This document shows, one piece after another, positions 1 through 9,692 of a stretch of 48,335 nt of DNA. Origin of the DNA: Octopus bimaculoides (lineage: Eukaryota); contig NC_068981.1 in the NCBI RefSeq assembly GCF_001194135.2, positions 121,577,864-121,626,198 on the forward strand, written 5' to 3'. Position 1 is the stretch's first letter, and each line of letters starts with the position of its first letter. The position numbers were made by a program, and so were the translations under genes. The notes under the pieces were generated by a model. It did no database searches. It was given only the letters and a program-made list of their open reading frames with translations, and was not told where the DNA came from.

Positions 1-3000
1 ATATATACATATACATATACATATATATATATACACACTCTTATATATGTGTGTATATATATAAATAATATATAATTGCGATATTTATGTCTGTACCTAT
101 GATTAAATTCACATACTTATTCATATATGTATTATACATATTCATATAGCAAAATTGCTTTGTCTATCACTAATTGTCTGTCTGTAAGCCACAAGGCGCA
201 TTTTCTATCATTTATCGCAACAAAATGGTTATTAATATAATCTAATCGTAATTGTACGCAGCTTAAATGGAAAATATTTTAAAGAAATGACAACATTAAT
301 TTAATTATAAATCGTTGTTTAGTTTTCAGTTTAGTCAGGGTTTCATTGTAATACATATATCAGACTGTGAATATCATACTTTTAAAGAAACTTTTAGTAA
401 CTCAGCTGGCTGAACTAAGTATCCCGCAGAGGAGAGTATCTATAGTTTCAATGTTAACTTCTGTCGCATTAAATCTTCTTTCCTCGTTAATTGTAAAATA
501 CGCAATCAAGTAAACGAAGTATAATGATTATTTATGTCTCTTTTAGTAGCTCACAGCTGAGACATTCAATCTAAGAAAATTGTTGACTAAGTGAAAATTA
601 AATCCGTGTTTAGTAAATATTCTAAACTTTTTCCAACAATAAAAATAGGTATCATAAATTATGGCAAATATAATGTTATAAGAGCATTTCTAGATTTTTC
701 TTGAACATTGTTTTATGAATGATTTGAAATTAAATTGTAGTCGGTTTTTTATCCATACTGATGATAAATTTTTCCGTATATTTGTATTTTTATAGAAATG
801 CGGACGGTCAATACAACGTGAAACAGTTTTCAAGTCAGTATTATAATATTGCTGAGTTGACTCATAATTATAAAACAGAACAACATGTAATCTTTGCTGA
901 TAAGGTGTGTTAATACTGAAACAAAGCCAGGTTTGGTACTATATCATTAAAAGTCAGATTTAGTTCTGCATGAGCCTATTTAAATATTTATCAATTTCTA
1001 TTTTGAAATTTCCCCGTATATCATTGATAACACTAATTATAAATGCTTTTCATTTTTCTTTCAATTATAGGTGTAATTTTTATCCATATGGCACATGTTT
1101 TGTGTGGCTTACATACACCGCTGAGCATATAAACCCAGGTCTAATAAAACCAAAACATATTCGGCGTCATCAGGTTACCTACGAAATTCATGCCACATAT
1201 CAATTTCGAAGCAATTTAGTTTTAGATGTGCTGGTCAAACATATTGGGATAATTTTTTATTGAAAGTAATGATTCTTTTTAACTTTCACTATAGATATAA
1301 TTAATACTGATAAAATGTTGTTCGCCTCGCTATAGTCAGAGTATTAATCTGTACATAGCTATATATTCTTCGTGCAGTAGGCAACTCTTGGTAATTTTCT
1401 TATGTTAATGTTTATTAAGAACTGATGTGCCGGCAATATCAGCTTTTTAAACGTCTCCTTCGATTACATTCAGTACTCTTCACATTTTCTGCCTTTATAT
1501 AGACATAATACTCTATCTCAAAATGGCACTTTCTTCTCGCCTTGAAGATTCTGATATCACTTGCCTTTAAGTAGTGCGAGCATAGAAAGATGGTAAGCGT
1601 TTCCAAATCAATGCTGGCACCATATATAACTAAAACCATAACTCGATGGTGATAAATGGAAGACGGGTTATAATTTTGGTCATGAACATGAATTATTTTA
1701 TATCCCAATCTATTATAACACGATTGGAGGATTCTCAGAGGCCACTTACAGACATTAACTCTTGAAATGGAATTTTCACTGGGACAGATTGGCAGCAACC
1801 ATAGGACGTGGATATCATTTTAGCCTCCTCCTTCAACGAAATTATGCTGGACAAAGCCTGATGAAGGCAAATAATGTCAATTCACAAAGCAGTTCTCTTG
1901 CCCCTACACTAATATCTGGAGATGTACGTCTGTATAGTTCCCATCTTTCACATTCGAATTTCACCGAAATGACACAACTTACTTCTCTTCTGAATAAATC
2001 TCTCACCTTCTGTCTCTTACCCGTCTCTATTGTCCTGGCTAATCTGTATACTCTGATTAATGATGATAATCCATAACCTGGCACGGGTAGTTCACTTTCC
2101 CGATCGCTCAAAATATTGGCAACAATTGTGTTGTATTTATGGACGTCACGGGGAACGTATAAATTACTTTACTTTTTATTTATTTCTCTCAAGCATCGTG
2201 TCACAGGAAATCATTGTTTTTAACGATTCCTGTGCGCATACATCCGGAATCCAGCATCATAGAAATGATTTCACATAAGTATACAGAATATTTTTATATG
2301 GTGCGACATTGTGTATGTGTGTATGTAAATATATATGTGTGTGTATATGTGCGTGTATGAACCAAATTATTGAAAGGCATATACTTACTAAATATGTAGA
2401 GATTCTAAGGCACGCATGTTTTGTATCGCATATGAATGTAAAAGTGCTGTGAACATAAACGTAAGAACACCCCATATAAACTAACACAGTTGGTTAATGA
2501 AGACATTCCAGAAGATCCCGGAGTTCGAGCAGTTGAATAACGAACACCCGTGCTTGTCCAGTGCCTACAGTGGACAAGCACGGAAGTGAGGTTTAAAAAC
2601 ATTGTTTCAACATTTCTTCGGTTATTCAAATAAACCTAAACACATTTTTATTAATATTCATTCATATTCAGCAACAACAATAAAATCAAATCAAATGCGG
2701 GAATCAGGAGGGCTGTGTCTACTTATCTCTCTATACCACACACACAAAAAAAAAACACATTCATACACACACAGACAAATACACGCAAAATACCTTTACA
2801 TATATATTTATATGCATGATATATATTGTTATATTCTGTTAAGAACGTATTATGTATGTATATATGCATGTATGTATGTATGTATGTATGTATGTATGTT
2901 GGTTTTTAATAATCTATAAATTCCATTAGATGATATTTATAGATATTTTAATGCATCGCTTCGCGCGTTTCCACAAATTCCATGTTTATTGCGATCACAC

Positions 3001-3462
3001 TCCGTATTCTTAGCATGATTACAGTACAGCCCATAGTATCCATAGACTTTGGGTAGATCATATTTATGAGTTTATTTCTTCAGACGATATAGCATTAACG
3101 TTGGAAGCTGCCGATGTATAACTGAGTGTTATTGATCAATTTTGACCAATGAAAGGTTTATTGTGGTATGTAGCACCTCTGTATGTATTTGATAGGGAGG
3201 TGTAGATGCTGATGGAAAGAGAGAAAGGAATGGTAATTAGTAACGTGAGCGACTGTGTGTTGATATTAAACTTATTTTGATATTTCTTTATGCAAATATC
3301 AGGATGGGCAGTAGAGTTTATTGGTTTGATCTTAGTCATAGCTGATGCTCCCTCAATGAATTCAAATGAAGTAGGGGCACAAGTACAGCTGAGCATTTGT
3401 TGTTCATTGTTTGAGGTAACAAATGATATGCATATTCAAAACGTTTCCCTAAACAAACTTGT

Positions 3463-3865
3463 GGAGGCGCAATGGCCTAGTGGTTAGGGCAGTGGACTCG
3501 CGGTCATAGGATCGCGGTTTCGATTCCCAGACCGGCGTTGTGAGTGTTTATTGAGCGAAAACACATAAAGCTCCACGAGGCGCCGGCAGGGGATGGTGGC
3601 GAACCCTGCTGTGCTCTTCCACCACAACTTTCTCTCACTCTTACTTCCTGTTTCTGTTGTGTATGTAATTTAAAGGGTCAGCCTTGTCGCACTGTGTCAC
3701 GCTGAATATCCTTGAGAACTACGTTAAAGGTACACGTGTCTGTGGAGTGCTCAGCCACTTGCACGTTAATTTCACGAGCAGGCTGTTCCGTTGATCGGAT
3801 CAACTGGAACCCTCGACGTCGTAAGCGACGGAGTGCCAACCACAACAACAATAACAACAACCTAA
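3463..3865 (+). mobile_element. Full-length tRNA-derived SINE with (ACA)n tail
   Basis: 5' GGAGGCGCAATGGCCTAGTGGTTAGG (Pol III A box) and GGTTTCGATTCCC (B box); about 375 bp body ending GTCGTAAGCGACGGAGTGCCA, followed by a (CAA/ACA)n tail. Confidence 0.85.
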
Positions 3866-4056
3866 ACAAACTTAAGGGATACACACACACACATTATCTT
3901 TTATCTGTTACTTGTTTGAGTTATTTAACTACGGCTATGCTGAGGTACCTCCTTGATGAATTTTAGTCAAACGAATCAAACTTAAATCATTATTTCTTCA
4001 AGCCTAGTATTTATTCTATCGGTATCTTATGCTGAATCGCTAAATAATGGGGACAT

Positions 4057-4112
4057 AAACATACCACCGGTTGTCAAGCGGTGGTGGGACACCAAGGTAC
4101 AAACACACACAC

Positions 4113-4113
<1 letters not shown>
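4057..4113 (-). mobile_element. Short internal SINE fragment
   Basis: ACCACCGGTTGTCAAGCGGTGGTGGGACAC is the reverse complement of the GTCCCCACCACCGCTT-ACA-C-GGTG block seen in the SINE copies at about 36560 and 23180. Confidence 0.55.
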
Positions 4114-4180
<67 letters not shown>

Positions 4181-4265
4181 GTAAGTAGGTAGGTAGGTAG
4201 GTACGTACGTACGTAGGTAGGTACGTAGGTAGGTACGTGGGTAGGTACGTAGGTAGGTACGTAGG

Positions 4266-4344
<79 letters not shown>
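4114..4344. repeat. Compound tetranucleotide microsatellite (GATA)n-(GGTA/CGTA)n-(GATA)n
   Basis: Read directly; it generates the spurious YLSI-repeat ORFs. Confidence 0.97.
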
Positions 4345-4345
<1 letters not shown>

Positions 4346-5611
4346 GAGACATACACACACTTTTAAAAACCTGAGGGTTACTTCAGAGAAAACTGAATAT
4401 GATAGCACTACCTAGTGTTATGTCGGAATCTTAATATACAGCTGATATATGAAAAGGATCAAATATTTACGTACGTTCGAAAGAGATAATGTTAACACAA
4501 TAAATGATCCACTGCTTACTTTACCGATATATAACGCATTAATATAAAAGAGACACAAAAATAGTTTTCATTCATGAAGAAACATTTGACTATCATGTTG
4601 TTTTTATTGCATACTTAATAGCATATGTATACTATAAAATATGTAATAAAAATAATACCGCACTTTGCTATAGTTACATGCAGAATTTAACTGAAGCCAT
4701 CAAACGCCATGATGATGTGGTTGCAACGTTACAAATGTCACATGCTCAAGAGTGTATACGCAATACCAAAGGCTGTAGCCACATCAAAATATTACGGTGA
4801 GAGAATTGCTTCTGCTGTTAACTTCAAAAACGAAAGGTAGATACCTTCATCACTCCAGAAAAGAATAGATTTAACATTCACCCTCAGTAACATAGATATA
4901 TCGTCATCTTTAGCAAAGCATATATTCCACACTAAGGTCCCATGCCATGCTACTGGCTAATTACTCGCTTTAGAGTAACAGCGTAACACACCATTCCATA
5001 TTGTCCCAGTCTCCTACAAAGAGAAACATTTCCACAAAATCACAGCTATATTGCACATCCATCATATATGCACAAAATGAACATTTATATATATGCGTAT
5101 GTGTGTGTGTATTAAAAGTAAAACAAAAAGCAATTTCAAAAAGTTTTTTTTTTATTGCGATTAAACTAATCCGATTATCAGGAACTTAAAATAAGGAAGT
5201 GAAGAGGGAAAATGTGATTAAATGACACAGAAAAATACAAACAAGCGGTTTATGTGCGTATGACTACTAGGAATGTCTATACCACATAAGTCCGTGAGCA
5301 TTCCAAAATGGAAGTTTAGTTATTTCTATTATACCAGCAATTCTGTGTAATAATTATGTCTAATATTCAAGAACGACTCAAAAGGCTAATACGAAATATG
5401 AAAATACCAAAATTCCAATATACCTGTCGATAATCATTCATGTTTCAATGAAAGTTGCTTTCTGAGCACACTACTCTCTACAGACCAATGAAGACGCTTC
5501 TATTTAATCCCTAGACTTACTTGAAGTAGTAATCATATTTTTCGTAAACTACTCAATTCTCTCCGAACAAAAGTTTCTCTATACGGTATATGTGCTATTG
5601 ACACGGAGGTA

Positions 5612-5625
5612 CGTGTCAATAGCAC

Positions 5626-5674
<49 letters not shown>

Positions 5675-5862
5675 TGTAATGGCTGAAACCTCGTGTTCGA
5701 GTATTGTCGTCGCCTGATCTAAAATCCAACACATGCGAAGTCTTTGACCAGCCATTTTTGTGATAGGTCTTACATTTTTTAAGCGATGTCTGTGCATGAT
5801 GACTTTTAATAGTGAAAAGAAGGATTTGCACATATCTAATTTCACTCTCTGAACATGGACAA
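5612..5862. repeat. Local duplication, copy 1 (paralogous to 8660-9036)
   Basis: Core 5674-5862 aligns without gaps to 8848-9036 with 12 mismatches in 189 nt by manual count; both cores are preceded by GTGTCA-TAGCACATATG plus (TG)n. Confidence 0.93.
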
Positions 5863-7128
5863 TGATAAATATTATACACCTATAATTAAAATCGAACATT
5901 AGTCCATGGGCCTATTCCTTGTTGCATTGTCAACGTCATGGTTTATGTGCTATAACATACATAAAAGCATGTGTATATATCCAAAATTATGACCTGTCCA
6001 AACGAAACCAAAGAGAAATGATTCACATAAACAAAGGCAAGCTGGCCAAGACAAAACTATTACCACACGGAGGAGAGAAAAATGAGAGACATTTTCACGA
6101 AAAGAGAAATACAATTATAATGACTGTAACTTGTGCCAATGTAGACAAAGATAGAAATAACAGAATTAGAAGTAGTCGCTGTAATTGGAGACACAAAATT
6201 AGAGAATCCTTTTATATTCTGACTTTAAGCCATGATTGTAATATCGTCGTAAAATGTTACCATTTTTTATTCACACAAATGCATCTGAACGATAAGGTAT
6301 TAACTCAATGCAGTCATATCAGATATTGAGAAGCACACGGTGAAGTTTATTATTAGACAAATGACAGGCAGCTTTAATTTGGAGGGTTGCTATAATGGCT
6401 GAGGATATCTCCTTAATATCGTTTGTGGACAGAGAAGGAAGATGTGCTTTCGGACGGCAAAATAATCAATCAGTAGACTAGTTCATATGTCGGCCTCAGC
6501 AAGGCAATAAGTCCAGTCAATTATGAAATTAACCTTTATACTTTAACTTGCTACTTAATGGATAAGTTACAATCTAGATTGCCACTTTAATTGATTGGTT
6601 TTTCACAAAAAAATTAACACAGGCATTTGTTTCATACGTCCTTTGCACAGCAATACAGAGGTGATTTACCAGTTTGACTGACTGTTATTTAGTGACTTAT
6701 TACTATGTACAATAACGAAAAAAACGTTTATTTAGTAAAGAGATAACTGGAAATGGTGAGAAAAACCATTGTCGGTTGATGTAGTTTATATACACGTGTG
6801 TTAAAAATAAGAACGTGTAATATATTATATTGCGTATATATATAAAGGGGTTTGTATGATTGTGTATAGAGGATTATATTATTCAAAGGAATTCCAACTC
6901 TGTCTGCTTTTTTATGTTTTATTTATATTCTTATAATATTATTCTAGGATATAGTATATAGTATAGGATATAGTATATAGTATATAGTATATATAGTAGG
7001 TATAGTATTGAAATGAAGTATTGATTGTCTTATTGAATAAATGAAATATTGAATATCAAATATATATATATGTGTATGTATATGTATATATATCAAATAT
7101 ATATATAAGTGTATGTATATGTATATAT

Positions 7129-7311
7129 AGCTATACATATAAATTTGACACGGACGATTCTTTCTCGTATATTTTCTTGTCTTGGGATTCACGATCAAAT
7201 GGCTGGGTGGAATTGCGCGAAAAATTACACAGATGTGTAGAATGAGACGGTGGTATTGCTGGGCTTTGTATTTTTTTTCATAGCCCCCATGGTTACCGAG
7301 ATAATTTACTA
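7129..7311 (+). mobile_element. Short non-autonomous Helitron-like element, degenerate
   Basis: About 120 bp homologous to the 5' part of 7849-8433 (ATAAATTTGACA..GATTCTTT..GGATTCACG-TCAAATGGCT..GAAAAATTACACA-ATGTGTAGAATGA); possible decayed 3' end ending CTAT. Confidence 0.5.
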
Positions 7312-7511
7312 TGATAATACTCTTGTGTTTATGAATGAGAAAGGAAGGGTGATGTCATACTTGCTGGTAGGATGATGAAAATTGTACGCTGAAACGAAAA
7401 ATCAAAGAGCGTTTCAACTCTGCGTGAATATATGTTTTATGTAAAAGGGGGTATGTAAATGTATATATATATATATGTGTGTGTGTTTGTGTGTGTTTGT
7501 GTGTGTGTGTG

Positions 7512-7596
<85 letters not shown>

Positions 7597-7848
7597 GCAC
7601 ACAGAATGGAAGTGGGATGGTTAACATTCAATGCTGAAAAGAAAAATCAAACAGCGTTTCAACTCTGTGTATTTGGTATATTCTTACTAGCTCTTGTATT
7701 TAGTCATGGACAGCTTTACAAGAAGGAAGAAAAACTTTAAAATTCTTTTGCAGGAAACAAGCAGTCAAAAGATGTTAGTTGCCAACAGATCTTTCACAAG
7801 TTTGATAGTAAAAGAATTACTGAACTAAAACCTTGGTTTTGTACCTTA

Positions 7849-8433
7849 TCTATCTATATAAATTTGACATTGGCGATTCTTTCGTGTATTCTTTGGTGTC
7901 TTAGGATTCACGGTCAAATGGCTCAGTAGGATCGCGTGAAAAATTACACATATGTGTAGAATGATCCGGTGATTTTGCTGGGATTTTCATCTTTCAAAAA
8001 TTCTCATGAAAACTTGAAAAAAATAGTTGTTTCTTTTTCGCTATTTTTGGCGCTTTTTTTAAGGCGCACGCGTTGACGTTACCAATGGATACGTACTGTG
8101 ATGACGCAAGCGAGCGAACATTTAACATACATGGTTTTAAAAAAACCAGCTGAATTTAATTCAATAAATTACACATAGATGTACGAACGCCCAGTTAATT
8201 CCATAATCATATCAGTACTTTTCTGACGCGCATTCTCTTCTAATTATTTCTGTTTTTATTCGCTTGTTTTTTTTTTTGGTTAATTTTGTTTTCTTAAAAT
8301 GTTTAGTTTTTTTTGTTTTTTTACTTTTATTTTCGGTGCTTGAATACAAAGAGGAGGTAAATATTTAGAAGATAGTAGGCTTTACAGCAACATCAACCAA
8401 ACTACCCGGATGAAACTGGGAAAAAACAGCTAG
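7849..8433 (+). mobile_element. Non-autonomous Helitron-like element
   Basis: Starts A|TCTATCTATATAAA. Contains GGCTCAGTAGGATCGCGTGAAAAATTACACA, resembling the ggctg-accgat-tgaaatt motif of non-autonomous Helitrons. Ends with the hairpin CCCGG-ATGAAA-CTGGG (8405-8420) and, 9 nt later, CTAG (8430-8433). Confidence 0.65.
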
Positions 8434-8659
8434 CATATCTCAGTGTAAATTGATAATGAACAATCCTGTACTGGGATCGGCTATTCTAATTCTGTTGATC
8501 ATTTTAATGTCCGTCTGCAATCTTCTCCTTCTGTTAGCAAATGTCTTTAGCCAGACAATAGGAGGAATGCATTCCACCGGATCCGAAATTGCTCAAGTTG
8601 TACCGGTCTTTGTGGTGTCGTATGTCACAGTGGAACTTCTTTGGATCTATCACTGATGT

Positions 8660-8747
8660 ATGTGTCAGTAGCACATATGTGTTTGTTTGTGTGTGTGTTT
8701 GCGTGTGTGTGTGTATGTGTGTGTGTGTGTGTGTGTGNNNNNNNNNN

Positions 8748-8784
<37 letters not shown>

Positions 8785-9036
8785 TGCATGTGTGTGTCCG
8801 TGCGTGCGCGTGTGTGTGTATGTGTGTGTGTGTGTCAGTGCGTGTGTGTGTAATGGCTGAAATCTCCTGTTCGAGTATTGTCATCGCCTGATCGAAAATC
8901 CAACACATGCGAAGGCTTTGACCAGCCATTTTTGTTATAGGTTTTACATTTTTTAAGCGATGCCTGTGCATGATGACTTTTAATAGTGGAAAGAAGTATT
9001 TGCACATATCTTATGTCACTCTCTGAACATGGACAA
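8660..9036. repeat. Local duplication, copy 2 (paralogous to 5612-5862)
   Basis: See copy 1; the (TG)n tract is longer here and contains a 10-N gap (8738-8747). Confidence 0.93.
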
Positions 9037-9079
9037 CATAAATTCGAAAAGAAGAACTAATCTACATCATTGAATATTG

Positions 9080-9225
9080 TCAGTGTCGCAGGTTTTCTCT
9101 CGGAGTTTCCCTTTGCTGGAGAGATGTTGTGACAACAGAGGGTCCTCCCACTCCCAATGGGCCTACTGCGCGCCTGGTCACCTATTCAGGTATTTCCACG
9201 TCCCCGCGATTGCGTATAGGCATAC
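9080..9225 (-). mobile_element. GC-rich island resembling an RTE-clade LINE 5' UTR segment
   Basis: Minus strand CAACATCTCTCCAGCAAAGGGAAACTCCGAGAGAAAACCTG resembles the recalled RTE 5' motif CAACCAGTCTAGGAGAAGGAAAACTCTGAATTCAAACC; single copy in this window. Confidence 0.3.
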
Positions 9226-9634
9226 AAACATATATACACATATATTGGATAACCGTTAACTGCTAATGCGACCAAAATATAATAAGACAAAATGAGACGG
9301 ACAAATAAGCTTGAACAAGAAATGCAGAAATGGACATACGAAAACGGATAAAAGTAATTCGAGATGAGACTGTTAGTGGACAGACGACGCACAAAAAAAA
9401 TGAAGTAAATAAACAGAATATGGCCTTAGGGCCAGGTGAAGATAAAAAATAATAATAATACATAAACGACAAAAGATTATATTTACATATACAACAAAAA
9501 ATGGTGTGGGTTAGCAGACAGACAAGTGAGGAGTAACGCAAAGGAGTAATGAAAAATGTCCTAATGCATTAAACACAAGAGAAAGGCAGATCGAGGAACA
9601 CAGAGAAACGTGACCAATCTGCTCGAAGACATAC

Positions 9635-9692
<58 letters not shown>

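Noticed and set aside
1640-1760. GDKWKT peptide resembling Gypsy reverse transcriptase
   Set aside because: The flanking RT motifs (DL..GYHQ, MPFGL.NAP) are absent; probably chance.
2548-2583. Iron-responsive element (two CAGTG motifs in a hairpin)
   Set aside because: The geometry is wrong: CAGUGN is not the apical loop of a 5-bp stem and there is no unpaired C.
3463-3535. tRNA gene
   Set aside because: The tRNA-like head continues into a SINE body and tail and has no proper acceptor stem or terminator; the same applies at 44148.
4027-4408. ORFs made of YLSI, THTH, CVCV, poly-I/N/E/Q/K/M repeats throughout the window
   Set aside because: They are translations of (GATA)n, (CA)n, (AAT)n and (GAA)n microsatellites that lack stops in some frames; no evidence of coding.
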